Positions 36,801-49,164 of a DNA stretch of 64,000 nucleotides are shown in pieces (position 1 is the stretch's first letter; the number at the start of each line of letters is the position of its first letter). The DNA is from Octopus vulgaris. Its lineage: Eukaryota. Location of the stretch: assembly GCA_951406725.2 (NCBI GenBank), contig OX597818.1:42408001-42472000 (forward strand), in the 5' to 3' direction. The position numbers were made by a program, and so were the translations under genes. The notes below the pieces were generated by a model, which searched no databases, was not told where the DNA came from, and worked only from the letters and a program-made list of their open reading frames with translations.

Positions 36801-39800
36801 TAAATGGAGGGCAGTGTGGCATAAAATTGGGCACTGAGAAGCTAGTCATCACCATTTAATGTCCATCTTCCATGCTAGAATGGGTCATATGGTTTGGCAG
36901 GAGCTGGCAAGCCAGAACGCTGCGCCAGGCTTTTTATGTGGTGCTGGTGCTTTAAAGTATAAAAGGAATAAGCACAGGACCTTGTTGTAGTGGAGATATA
37001 TGGCTAACGTGCATTATACAAGGGTGTGTAGCTCAGGAGACAATGAAGATGATAATGTTGGGGTACAAGGGGTGGGGGTGCATAAGAAAGGAAACAAATA
37101 GTGGATTGAGGTGGGAGTGGTATTTGCTGCTAATAAGGCGGCGAGCTGGCAGAAACGTTAGCACGCCAGGCGAAATGCGTAGCCGTATTTCGTCTGCCGT
37201 TATGTTCTGAGTTCAAATTCCGCCGAGGTCAACTTTGCCTTTCATCCTTTCGGGGTCGATTAAACAAGTACCAGTTACGCACTGGGGTCGATATAATCGA
37301 CTTAATCCCTTTGTCTGTCCTTGTTTGTCCCCTCTGTGTTTAGCCCCTTGTGGGTAATAAAGAAATAGGTATTTGCTGCTAATTATTTGTGTATTTTAGC
37401 ATCTCTAAATGTTTCCTTTTTGTCAGTCTGCTAGAACTCTGCCTTGTGCCTGTTTGCGTGTTCATTCTATCAACTACAATGGTATGCAAAAATACATGCT
37501 ATTAAATTCTTTCTTACTTTTTCTCAGATAGTACTCTGAGTTTGGCACTTTCAGACTCAGTAAGCAGACTTTTAGACCTTTTTAATTTCTTTTTTTTTTT
37601 TCTAAATTTACAGTTCACTGACATTCTGCTATTTAGGTTTAAAAAGAATTCGTACATACTAACTATAGTAGTAGTAGTAGATATTTATATTTATTTTAAT
37701 AGGTTGATTATGATGCTTTTGATAAAGAACATATGAAAGATCCTTTCTGGGAAGCTATATATGCTAAAGATATTTTTGATTACTATCAAGAACAAGAGGT
37801 AAGACTAACTTTTCTTTTTTTTTATTTCCTTTTTATTAATCAATTTACACAAAGATTTAGCTGTCTTCATACACTGTAAATTCTTAAAGTGATTAACAGA
37901 TTTGCTTTTATGAACTATTACTTCCAGTCCAGATTCTCTACACTATATTTTAGTTGAAGGCTGGCAGCAGCCTTGTACTTCAAATCTTTATATATAAAAG
38001 TAAGGTTGTGTGCTGTCTGTCTCCTACGATTTAGATTCCTAACATTTTGCGGTGCAGTTTAACCAAAAGTATCTTACAGTCGTGATTCATATTGAGCCCT
38101 TCTGGGTATTATCGCGCGTCTACGATGAGTCTACGATTAAAAAAAAAATTTACCATCAATTTTTCCCATTTTTAATGCTTTTTTGTCATATATAAGGGAA
38201 GTAACTCTCTAAAAATTTATTAAATCTCAATGTAAAAAGCTACAGTAACATGCCCACCTTTGTGGTTAGCCATATTGAGATGGCTATTATACTTTACTTC
38301 TCTAAAAATGCTTATATAGTTATTTCCCTTACAAACTCAAGCAACGCCGGGCGATACTGCTAGTACTGAATAAAACAACTTTCAGCAGCTAATTCTTGTC
38401 ACAACAATTTAATTAGTTAAAGCTCAACCAGGAAATGCACTAGGATTTGGCTTTCACCAGTGAAGTAAAATAGCACTTCATTTGATACGAGCACAAAATG
38501 GACACAATGGAAAATTATATTACTCTTTTACTTGTTTCCGTCATTTGACTGTGGCCATACTGGAACACCACCTTTAGTCAAGCAAATCGAACCCAGGACT
38601 TATTCTTTGTAAGCCTAGTACTTATTCTATTGGTCTCTTGCCAAACCGCAAAGTTACGGAGACGTAAACACACCACCATCGGTTGTCAAGTGATGTTGGG
38701 ACACACACACATACATATATACGACGGGCTTCTTTCAGTTTCCGTCTACCAAATCCACTCAAAGGCTTTGGTCAGCCCGAGGCTATAGTAGAAGACACTC
38801 ACCCAAGGTGCCATGCAGTGGGACTGAACCCGGAACCATGTGATTGGTAAGCAAGCTACGTACCACACAGCCACTCCTTCATAATTTTCTTGCTGAGTTT
38901 TCAGACTCTCTCATTTATTTTACCTGAAGGTCCATTAACTGTTTAGAATTGGTGTTTCTGTGACTTCAACAAGTATCCTTTTATAATGTAATGAACATGC
39001 TACGTCTTTCTGCAGAACTCTTGTTTGCTCCAATCAAAAATCTCTTGATCTAAAATACTTTGGCTCTTGTATGTGGCTATACTTGCTCTGATCAATAAGT
39101 ATCCAGACAGTTGCCATAGTAACTGAGCTAAAGCATGCAGAGTGAAGACATTTGGCACAGATTGACTTTAAACTCTGTTATGCTACCAGAAAAACAGTAA
39201 CATGACATTTAGAGGTGATTCACTCCATGTGATTAGATCTCGCCTTACAAGAAGTCTCATAACTAAAAGCATTGCTTGCTCATGTGTCATTCTTTACCTG
39301 GATGGTTCTGCTTGCCAATGTGTCGTTCTTTACGTGGATGGCTCTCTGAACATTGCTTGCCCACGTGTCATTCTTTACCTGGATAGCTCTCTGAACATTG
39401 CTTGCCAATGTGTCATTCTTTACCTGGATGGTTCTGCTTGCCAATGTGTTGTTCTTTACCTAGATGGCTCTCTGAACATAGCTTGCCCACGTGTCATTCT
39501 TTACCTGGATAGCTCTCTGAACATTGCTTGCCAATGTGTCATTCTTTACCTGGATGGTTCTGCTTGCCATATCTTTCAGATCAACTATGTACTTGTTTAT
39601 ATTGTGTTGAGTTAAACGTTTTGCAATATTTTAGTAACTTATTTGCTTTAATCAAGTTGCAACAAAAGCAGCCTTGCATCCAAAGACCATCATGTTGCAC
39701 TGTCTGAATCCACCTTTCTACTTTCTACTACTTGTGTGATCCCAGCTCATTGCCTCCACCTCCTCTTGGTTGAAGTGTTGCAAGCACAGGAAGTGAGCCA

Positions 39801-42800
39801 TGGATTGGAACAAGTAATAATCCAAGGGAGTTCAGTCTGGACTATATATTGCATGTGGCATCAGATCAATTCCCTCAATTTCTTGTAGTTTATTCTGGGT
39901 CACTCAAGCAGTATGAGGTGTTGCATTGTTTTGCTGCAGAAGAACTAGCTTTCTATTAATGAATGCTGGGTATTGCCACACAATGGCTTACATCTGCTCC
40001 AGCTGTTTGGAATACAGGTTGGTATCAATGGTTTGACCATCTCAAACACACTCGTAGAGAATCATCCCCTCATAATTCCACCTGGTGCAAAGCATCACCT
40101 TGTGTTCAAAACATCCACCTTTGTTAAAAGGGCCTGGAAGCTAGCCCTTGCTTAACCGCTACGCGTTAGGATTGCAGAAAAATATATCCCTCAGATAATC
40201 ACTTGTTCCAATCCATGGCTAACTTGCAGAATATTGTAACAGGATGAGAGGTCAGGAACACTGGAGGGGTGTCCGATCTGATCCTGTCACATATACAATT
40301 TAAGTTGAATAAACGGAGACAAAGTGGTTTATTCTGTGGTTACAGGTAAGAACAAGTGCACATGTATCTCTAGTAGGGAAACCGGCAGCCAAATCTACAG
40401 GACTGTTACAAGGTTTTCTCGTGCGAGTCAAGATGGTTCGTGGTTTGTTCCCGCTTCGTTGGGGTGAGGTTCTTTGAGTGTAGGGTGTTCCCTGAGAGAA
40501 AGTCAAGCCACATCCAACCGCTAGCGCTGCTCATGCCAGAAAAGGCCCGATTCAGCGGTCAGGCTTTTAGGTTTCAGTTCCTGCACATGTGCATGAGGAA
40601 AACTTCCGGTGGCCAACCGGAAGCAATCCAATTCTACGCATGTGCGCTGAAACTTACACAGTAGCGTCACTACAATATAAAACCCTTATTTCTGGCAGTA
40701 AGTTTTATGTAACTGCTCTCAGCTGCCAGGGTAGCATGTTACCACTATGGCTTTGTTACCCATCTGCTGCAAATAGCTGACAGGTAGATAAGTTTAACAT
40801 TCCATTCATCTATCTTGGAGTATTTCTCAGTGATATAATTAAAAACTGGTTCTCAAAGGTATATGTCCATCCCATACCAGCATGGGAAATGTACGGTAAA
40901 TGATGTAACAACAGATATATTAGATAATGTAAGACACACAGGGATGATGCTAAAGACCAAACAAGATGGTATGAGATGATGTGACTGCCCCACATAATTG
41001 CTGATGTATCATATACAATTTTCATAAGTTTGTGCTAAGAGAGGCGTAGGAGTGGCTGTATGGTAAATAGCTTGCTTACCAACCACATGGTTCCAGGTCA
41101 GTCTCATTGCATGGCACCTTGGGCAAGTGTCTTCTACTATAGCCTCAGGCCGACTAAAGCCTTGAGTGGATTTGGTAGATGGAAACTGAAAGAAGCCCAC
41201 TGTGTGTATGCATGCATGTTTGTTTGTCCCTCCCCACCCCAACATTGCTTGACAACCGATGCTGGTGTGTTTGTGTCCCAGTAACTTAGCTGTTCGGCAA
41301 AAGAGACCAATAGAATAAGTCCTGGGGTCGAATTGCTCAACTAAAGGCGGTGCTCCAGCATGGCCACAGTCAAATGACTGAACCAAGTAAAAGAGAGTGT
41401 GATATTTTGGCTTGATTTCAATATATTAGTAACAATTATTATGCCTAGCAGACTTATGCTCATCCAACTCTCTAACTTGTGACACTTGGGCTCCTATTTG
41501 TAATACAAATAAACACTGGGCAATTTCTTTTTATATGTTTCAAAATATAAAGGCATATTTTATGTGCTGGCAAATAAAGTTTGTATTTTTTCTATGTCAA
41601 TGTATGTCATGCTTCCAAAATTTTACCCGTTTACAACAATTTTAATGCTTAATTTATGTGCTTTTGATTTCAAATTTTTATAGTGCAATTATGCTGTACC
41701 AGATTACATGTCCAGCAAACAAAATGATATTACAAGTGAAATGAGAAGCATTCTTATGGACTGGTTGGTTGAAGTTCAGACCAGCTTTGAATTACATCAT
41801 GAAACACTCTACCTTGCTGTCAAGCTTGTTGATATGTATCTCTCTAAAGTCGCTATCAAACGTGCGCATCTTCAACTTGTGGGGACTGCTGCAATGTTTA
41901 TTGCCTGTAAATATGATGTAAGTGTGTTTTAAATATGTCTAACATGTGCAGCATGTTGGGAGCTATTTGACTTGAATTTTCTTATACCTTCCTTTTCAAA
42001 ACCTGCTCCCATATCTTGTTTTTAGTTTACTATTTTAGTCCACTTGCCACTCTTGTTTAGCAGATTGAATCTCCATTCAGGCATATTTTTTCTTATACCT
42101 CACCTTCTTAAAAAGAATGCATTGGATAATTTAGTTCTAGATACACTATGTTGTGACTGGATACTCATGGATAGAATATCTTGGAATACCTGACCAATCA
42201 CAGCTGCTGGGACTAAACTCTTTTAACCCTTTTGATACCAACCCAGCTGAAACTGGCTCTGGCTCTGAGTACAAATGTCTTGTTTTCATAAATTTTGAAT
42301 TAAAATCTTCCACAAAACCTTAGTCACAATTTATGTTCCTAACACTAGCTAAACTGTTATTTTACTAAATTCTTTGTTATATTTAAAGTAATTGAAAGAA
42401 ACACAGAGCATCTCAAAATAAATACGGTAACGAAAGCGTTAATTCTTTTTCAGTACCTTCTATAAAATCAGTCGCAGGTACAACACCAATTTTCTGTACA
42501 CTGATGGTCTGAGACTGATAATCCTCACTAATTTATTCTAATTATAGGTACATGAATTTCATTTAATCATTCAAGTACATTTTAGTGTGTTAACAAGGTG
42601 ACTGCCCCTATTTTGGTAAAATCAATAATCTGGAAAGAAAGGTTTTGGAAACTTGATGTTCATCATCATCATTGTTTAGCATCCGCTTTCCATGCTTGCA
42701 TGGGTTGGACGGTTCAACCGGTGTCTGGGAAACCAGAAGGCTGCACCAGGCGCAGTCTGATCTGGCAATGTTTCTACGGCTGGATGCCCTTCCTAACGCC

Positions 42801-45444
42801 AACCACTCCGTGAGTGTAGTGGGTGCTTTTTACGTGCCACCGGCATGGGGGCCAGGCGAGGCTGGCAATGGCCACAATCAGATGGTGCTTTTTATGTGCC
42901 ACCGGCACGAGGCCAGTTGGGGCGGCTCTGGCAACGGCCACGGGGCGGCTCAGGCAAGGCTGGCAATGGCCACAATCGGATGGTTCTCTTACGTACCACC
43001 GGCACTGGTATCAGCTGCAATTTCCATTGATGTTGATCGATTTCGATTTTCACTTGCCTCAACAGGTCTTCACAAGTAGAGTTTTGTGTCTCAAGAAAGA
43101 AAGGTATGCATAAGTGGACTGGCTACATCCCATTTAGAGGCCACGGGTTATGGTCTCACTTGTCCTGCCGGGTCTTCTCACACACAGCATACTTCCAAAG
43201 GTCTCGGTCTCTAGTCATTTCCTCAGTGAGACCTAAAGTTCGAAGGTCATGCTTCACCACCTCATCTCAGGAAGCAGCCCTAAAACAGTTCACCTTTTCC
43301 TGTCCTGTGGTTTAACGAATGTAGTTGTCATGAGGACGGCATTAAGCAAATAGACTGTGTGTGTCTGTATGGGGCTGATGAAACACATTAACTGTCATGT
43401 GTTAACTGTAGAATATATTTTGAATCTAATTCAAGACAATTTTTTTTTTTTTTTCTTTTTCTCAAAAGGAACGCATTCTTCCACAATGTGATGATTTCTT
43501 ATATATGTGTGACAATGCTTATTCAATGGAGAAACTATTTGATATGGAGAAGAAAATTTTTGTCGCTGTGGACTTTCGATTGGGTATCCCGCTCTCTTAT
43601 CGATTTCTTCGGCGCTATTGTAAGGTAAGTTACTGCTAGATGTTTTCTTTTGTCTGTCCTACCATTCGATTTTATCATATTTTCTTATTTTTGTAAATTT
43701 TTAATGTCCTCTTTTTTTGTATAATCATTCGCTCATCTGACCCCAAAATCAGATTGTATTGTCCCTTCTTTGTTGGCCCCTTGTGGGTAATAAAAATCAA
43801 AGTTACTGCTAGATGTTTTCTTTTATAATTTCCTCTTTTTTTTCTCTCCCGTCTTCTCATATGTGATCTATTAAACATTGTAGGTTGCTAATTTTGAAAC
43901 CAAAACGCTGACACTAGCTCGTTACATACTTGAATTATCACTTCTGGACTACAATTTTGCTTGTGACAAAGAGTCTTTGAAGGCAGCTGGTTGTTTGTGG
44001 TTGGCATTAAAGATGGAGGCTCTTGAGTGGGTAAGTTACCATATATCTTTTTCAAGATTTATTTTGTTTGTTTATTTTTTTGGACTACATAATTTTTTAA
44101 AAATTTCATCTAAATTGCAGAATGCTATGCTAACTCATCACTCTGGTTATTCTGAAGAAGAAGCAAAGAAAATGGCTAAGAAGCTTAATTATATGTTGTT
44201 ACATCCTTCATTCAATGCAGTCAATGAAGTTTATAATAAATATTCAAATCAGTAAGTTTCTTTTTTTTTTTTTCTTTTTGTAACTGAGTGGAAGAGATAT
44301 TTACTTTGTACACAATCTTGTTTAAAGGGAGTGTCTATTCTAATATTTAAAACTGATTTTCTTCATTTAACTTAATAATTTTATATCCACTTTTCCATGC
44401 TGACATTGATCAGTTGGATCTTAACATAATGTCATTTGATTTGCAATGGCAACACAGAAAACCAGTCAACTTAGTGACTGGCACACAAGAATGTTTGTGG
44501 TTAGATCATTCTTTCTACTCAATCTTTTCTTATTCAGTGTACTGTCTTCCTGGATAGGTAGCTTGCAATGCAGTTTTCCAAGTCCATATCCTGTTTGTAC
44601 AATTTGTTTTTGGCATAGTTTCTATGGCTACATGCCTTTCCCTAATTTCTTATTTCTTTATTGCCCACAAGGGGCTAAACGTAGAGGGGACAAAGGACAG
44701 ACAAATGGATTAAGTCGATTACATTGACCCTAGTGCGTAACTGGTACTTAACTTATCAACCCCGAAAGGTTAAAGGCAAAGCCGACCTCGACGGAATTTG
44801 AACTCAGAACGTAGCAGCAGACGAAATACCAGTAAGCATTTCGCCTGGCGTGCTAACGTTTCTGCCACCTCATTGCCTTTCTCTAATTTCTGGCAAATCA
44901 AGACCTCATTTCAGTCTTTCCAATGTTTCACACCTACTCTATGATGTGGGGTAGTCATGTAACTCCTCTAGCAAGACACTTGTGTTTGTTCCTCTATCAT
45001 ACTTTATCCTTGCAACATCTGCATTGCTCTATCAAATTTTTACCCCCCCTTCTCTCAAATACAGTTGAGGGACATTTTCCTTCTCTTTTCCCACTACACT
45101 CACAGAGTGGTTGGCGTTAGGAAGGGCATCCAGCCGTAGAAACATTGCCAGATCAGACTGAGGCTTTAGTAGAAGACAGCTGCCCAATGGGGCTGAACCC
45201 GGAACCATGTGGTTGGGGAGCAAGCTTCTTACTGCACAAGCATGCCTGTGTCTATGGAAGATACTTTATGATTGGAAAATTAAAAAAAATTTGTGTGCAA
45301 TATTTTTAGGATTTGTGTGTTTGTAGTGTTTTATATATGTATATATATATATATTGTTTTATTATATATATTATATTTTTATTTTCCAGAGTTTTCATGG
45401 AAGTAGCAGAAATTCCTAAATTGTCAATGGCACAACTAGATTAA
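27892..45444 (+). CDS. CCNB3: G2/mitotic-specific cyclin B3, 10 coding exons (~420 aa)
   Basis: Exons 27892-27975, 28602-28712, 28813-29015, 34454-34499, 37703-37798, 41684-41917, 43469-43624, 43884-44030, 44121-44251, 45390-45444. All GT-AG and in phase (1263 nt). D-box RRAVFGDITN; cyclin box MRSILMDWLVEVQTSFELHHETLYLAVKLVD; LGIPLSYRFLRRY typical of B3. Confidence 0.93.
28602..28712 (+). CDS. CCNB3: Cyclin B3 exon 2 (destruction box)
   Basis: IHCAADNLGPLKRTRSKTEVTQGPDQKRRAVFGDITN. Confidence 0.9.
29130..29308. mobile_element. hAT (Charlie-like) MITE
   Basis: TIRs CAGTGCTTTTCAA / TTGAAAACCACTG; 8-bp TSD ATCTAGAT (29122-29129, 29309-29316). Confidence 0.9.
30053..30431 (-). mobile_element. 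tRNA-derived SINE family B, full length
   Basis: Minus strand begins GGCGCAGGAGTGGCTGTGTGGTAAG with B box GGTTCAGTCCC. Confidence 0.88.
30969..31199 (+). mobile_element. SINE family A, full length
   Basis: GGCGGCGAGCTGGCAG...GTTCAAATTCC...AAAGAAATA. Confidence 0.88.
31280..31654 (-). mobile_element. Non-autonomous Helitron
   Basis: On minus strand: 5'-TC, 3'-CTAG, subterminal GC-rich hairpin, A|T insertion site, no TSD; sister copy at 37985. Confidence 0.8.
33216..34045. mobile_element. RTE LINE relic plus inverted (ATG)n-tailed fragment
   Basis: ORF 33424-33723 GRLYEACIQTAILHDSETW...LREKLGI typical of RTE C-terminus. Confidence 0.75.
34935..35250 (+). mobile_element. RTE-associated (ATG)n-tailed element
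   Basis: GGAAGGGCATCCAGC...CCAACCCATGCTAGCATGG...GACGTTAAAC family. Confidence 0.8.
35996..36367 (+). mobile_element. tRNA-derived SINE family C with TSD
   Basis: GGAGGCGCAATGGCCCAGTGGTTAGG head; 14-bp TSD TATGGGACTTGTTT (35982-35995, 36368-36381). Confidence 0.9.
36478..36706 (-). mobile_element. SINE family A
   Basis: Consensus match; flanked by repeated CTTTGGTATGGTTTCT. Confidence 0.85.
37137..37367 (+). mobile_element. SINE family A, young, with TSD
   Basis: 16-bp TSD GGTATTTGCTGCTAAT. Confidence 0.9.
37985..38363 (+). mobile_element. Non-autonomous Helitron
   Basis: A|TCTTTATATATAAAAG...GCAACGCCGGGCGATACTGCTAG|T. Confidence 0.8.
38521..38877 (-). mobile_element. SINE family B
   Basis: Consensus match. 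Confidence 0.85.
39090..40230 (-). mobile_element. Decayed mariner transposon
   Basis: Minus strand LLQQNNATPH (mariner LLHDNARPH motif) at ~39913-39942. Confidence 0.55.
39274..39568. repeat. Higher-order minisatellite (36/45/45-bp units, 126-bp period)
   Basis: GCTTGC unit starts at 39274, 39310, 39355, 39400, 39436, 39481, 39526, 39562. Confidence 0.9.
40235..40674. mobile_element. Solo LTR (Gypsy-like)
   Basis: TGTA...TACA termini, 4-bp TSD ATAT (40231-40234, 40675-40678), GC-richer than flanks, internal AATAAA. Confidence 0.75.
41043..41396 (+). mobile_element. SINE family B
   Basis: Consensus match. Confidence 0.85.
41684..41917 (+). CDS. CCNB3: Cyclin B3 exon 6 (cyclin box)
   Basis: CNYAVPDYMSSKQNDITSEMRSILMDWLVEVQ...MFIACKYD. 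Confidence 0.95.
42227..42438. mobile_element. piggyBac-like MITE
   Basis: TTAA|CCCTTTTGATACC...GGTAACGAAAGCG|TTAA. Confidence 0.8.
42661..43270 (-). mobile_element. 3' end of RTE LINE (ORF tail, repeat-containing UTR, (ATG)n)
   Basis: Minus strand encodes DEVVKHDLRTLGLTEEM; (CAT)n at left end. Confidence 0.85.
43652..43799 (+). mobile_element. 5'-truncated retroposon 3' fragment with 25-bp TSD
   Basis: TSD AAGTTACTGCTAGATGTTTTCTTTT at 43627-43651 and 43800-43824; ends GCCCCTTGTGGGTAATAAA like SINE family A. Confidence 0.8.
44651..44878 (-). mobile_element. SINE family A
   Basis: Consensus match. Confidence 0.85.
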
Positions 45445-45911
45445 TCATGTTGCCTCATCTGAAAAGTGTAAATATAGAATATGCACAGAAACCACCTAAA
45501 CATCACAGAAAATACTGATACATTTCTGATTATGAATGATTAATTGCCTGAAAATGCTGAGTGTTTGTGGTTGGTGACAGGTTCTAACAGAAGCTGTATT
45601 TTTATTTTACTGTACAAAATTTCATAAAGACCGATATTTTTGGCATTTTGACTTTTTTAAATTTCCGAACTATATCTTACCTGAAAGGTGACGAATTATT
45701 TAATTTTGGCTGTGTTTTTAAAAAATTTCTTTTGTAGTACATGTATGAGTATTATCTGAAATCAGCAAAATACTGGAGAAATTCAGCTAAATTAAAGGGG
45801 GATTCTAATATAAACAAAAAAAAATTGTTTCGGCTTTTTTTTTTTTTTTTTTAAACATCTTTAATTTTTTTATAGAAATATAGTGACTTTGAAAGTTTCG
45901 AAATTATTTTC

Positions 45912-45921
45912 TTTTAATAAA
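45912..45921 (+). terminator. Candidate cyclin B3 polyadenylation signal overlapping a CPE-like motif
   Basis: TTTTAATAAA; second AATAAA at 46046-46051. Confidence 0.45.
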
Positions 45922-47291
45922 CCAGTTTACTCAAAGTTCATTTTTTTTTACCCCCGTTAAATATAACTATTACGAAAGCATATTAGTGTTTAGAATAAGG
46001 AATTTGAAATAACTACTTTTTAGAATTTAGTATAAAGTGTCTATGAATAAAATATAATTCACATTTATGGTGTCGAACTATTTCTTTCACAACTGTCATT
46101 CAGTAGTTAATCAGATTCTAATGGTCCTAGATATTTTAATTAGCTCAACACAGAAAAATAGTATCTTTTGTTTAAGTTTTAGTGTTTATCCTATTGAATG
46201 ACAACTCATATAGTTGTCTCTTTTGATTAAAGAATGCAAGTCAGAATGGATCAGTGAATTGGAAACCTTGTTAATTTTTAACAAAAGTATGATTTGTAAA
46301 TCATTCAGATTGTTGTTTTTCCAAAGTATTAAGCTATCAAAATGCATAATTTCTTAAATTCTACTTATTAGAAATTTAAAATTGCAAATTAAATTTTTAT
46401 TTTTAAACTGTTTTCATTTACACATTTAAATAATACCTACTGCTAAATGTAAATATTTTTACACTTATTGTGTTGGCTATTGCATTTTAGTATTTTGATT
46501 ATGCTATTCTCAACAAGAAACAACTTGGGACTTGCAAAAAAAAATAGTTGTTTCCCCTTTGTAATTTCATAAGCAATTTAGATTAATGTTGGTAATTAAA
46601 TTTATCAATCTGAGTCTTTTGCAGTTGACTTTCTTTTCAATCCAGTACAGTAAATTTTTTTTCATACTTAGGTGTAGTTGTATCCATGAGCATTATAACC
46701 CTTCCTAGGCTGTTAAGATTGTGGTTGATATTCAATTTGAATATTTGCAAATGAATAGGATCAGAGAGGGAGTTTCAAAAAGTTGGGCAATATGCTAATT
46801 AAGACAGGAAACAGAATGAAAAGCACACCTGAGCCAGTAGACTTTACTTGTTGCTTTGTTTGACATCACAGCCTGGCTCACACGTGTCTTTTAGTGGAGT
46901 TCCTTTCTGTTGCAAACATTTGGCCAGATTTGATAATTCCCTAACAAGTCTTAAAAACCATAAACTTCTGAATAATATTCCGAAATTAGTTGTTTTTCTG
47001 TGCTACTCAACTGAAATATCTGCTTTGTGTGGTAGAAGTATCACCATCCTTTCAATGTGTGCGTGTTTTTTTTTTAATTAAAAAAATTTTTTTTTTTTTA
47101 TGACAATATGGTTTTCATAAAGCTTGATCTATCGAAGACCTATATTCTTGTCTAAAATTGTCTTGACTATTCATCAAACCAGGAAAATTCTTTCTGTCGA
47201 CTGCTACCTCCATAAGGCACACATCTGGGATTTTTACTTTTTTTATTCTATTAGTTTTGTTTAGAGCAAGTTTTTGCTTTCGAAAAGAGAT

Positions 47292-47510
47292 CATCATCAT
47301 CATCATTTAGCGTCCGCTTTCCATGCTAGCATGGGTTGGACAGTTCAACTGGGGTCAGTGAAGCCAGAAGGCTGCATCAGGCCCAGTCTGATCTGGCAGT
47401 GTTTCTACGGCTGGATGCCCTTCCTAACGCCAACCACTCCGTGAGTGTAGTGGGTACTTTTTACGTGCCACCCGCACAGGTGCCAGATGGTGCTTTTTAC
47501 GTGCCACCGG
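47292..47510 (-). mobile_element. RTE-associated (ATG)n-tailed fragment
   Basis: Family match. Confidence 0.8.
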
Positions 47511-47559
47511 TGACAAAAATCCTTGAGCAAATAAGCTTTCAGTTGTAAATTTGTTTTTG

Positions 47560-48090
47560 CTTTTAACATCAGCAAAATTTTAGGAAAATTATCAATGGCC
47601 TTAACTGTCCCTTGGATTGATGGATTGCTCTTTCATAGAATGAGCTGACTTGTGTGGGGCTTTCTCTAACCCCGACTGTCAATTCTAGTGTGCCCCTGGG
47701 TTCAATTTTCTTTCCTCATTAACTGACTTGCTGTCACCAACGCTCACTCCTATGCAGATGATACAACCTTTCATTCCCCCTTAAACTTCTGCACCCAAGT
47801 GTCCCCATATGCAGTGTAGTCACCTTGTGACAATTCTGGACTGATTCCATGAACATGAAAATATCCTCCTATAGAGTCAACTCGATCTTGTTTTCATCAC
47901 CGACACAATAACTACACATATCAAGAAAACATCTCACTCCCTTCTCCCTAAACATGAATCCTAGAAGTCACTGCACATGCTAGACTTCATAAATTCTTGA
48001 GGATCTTATGTACACACATACTCAGTGTAGCTAAAGCCGAATCACAAAGACTGTCCTTCATCGGTCAAAAATTATTTCAGCATCAACTCC
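47560..48090 (+). mobile_element. Decayed LINE reverse transcriptase
   Basis: VPLGS (GVPQGS) at ~47690 and YADDT at ~47751-47765. Confidence 0.6.
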
Positions 48091-48171
48091 CAATCTAATT
48101 CTTTATAGAGAAGGAAATATGTTGGTAGGGCTAGAAACTAATTTTGGAGTGCACTTTTTAAGGTCAATATC

Positions 48172-48386
48172 TATTTCTTCACTACCCATAAGGGGCTAAA
48201 CACAGAGGGGACAGACAAACGGATCAAGTCGATTACAGCGACCCCAGTGCGAAACTGGTACTTAATTCATCGACCCCTGAAAGGCAAAGTTGACCTTGGC
48301 GGAATTTGAACTCAGAACGTAGCAGCAGACGAAATACCGCATAGCGTTTCACCCGGCGTGCTAACGATCCTGCTAGTTCGCTGCCT
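48172..48386 (-). mobile_element. SINE family A with TSD
   Basis: TSD TTTAAGGTCAATATC. Confidence 0.88.
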
Positions 48387-49164
48387 TTAAGGTCAATATC
48401 AATGAAAATGTCGGGGCCAATTTCCTGAATTGTTTCCAAGTTTGTATCTGCAAATGGTTTTTTTTTTTTTTTTGTTTTTTTATGCTTTCTAGCCGAGAAA
48501 TGCTAGTATGCATAGGGGACTTCACACTTTTTGAAAGGATTAACCTTTTTATTACCATATTTCTGTTGCAATTAATTTTAAAATAATGAAGAATTTAGCA
48601 AAACAACTCATTGATTTTGGTGTTTGGAATATATATTAACATGAAATATTGAGAGGTTTTTTTAATTTAGATCTCTTTAAAACTGTTGTCAAGCAGTCTT
48701 TCACCACTGCTGCATCTGTCTTTGATGATGGCTGTTGCTCTGAGAGTTATCTTCCGAAGTTGTCAATAGAATGTTTCTATCTGGTACTGTACCCTCACCC
48801 GCTTCGTGTCATATAGTGCTGTTATCTTCAAAAGATTGGATCGATAAAACATCCACTCAGTATCACAGTATAATTACTATATCAGTACAGGCACAACTAT
48901 CTTCTACACATACTCTGTCTACATGTACTGGCCACTGGTCTATTTATAGTGGCTGGTTCCTACCACTTTTTACTGGGACAGATGTACAGTTTCACTATAC
49001 ATCTCCCCTTTTAGTTTCTTAATTAAACAATCAATTTCTTTTATTCCCCCACCTCTTATATAGATATAGATGTACAGATATATATATATAGATAGATAGA
49101 TCTATAGAGATATATAGATATATCTATCTATATATATTATTTTATGTGAAGTGCTATTCAGTGG

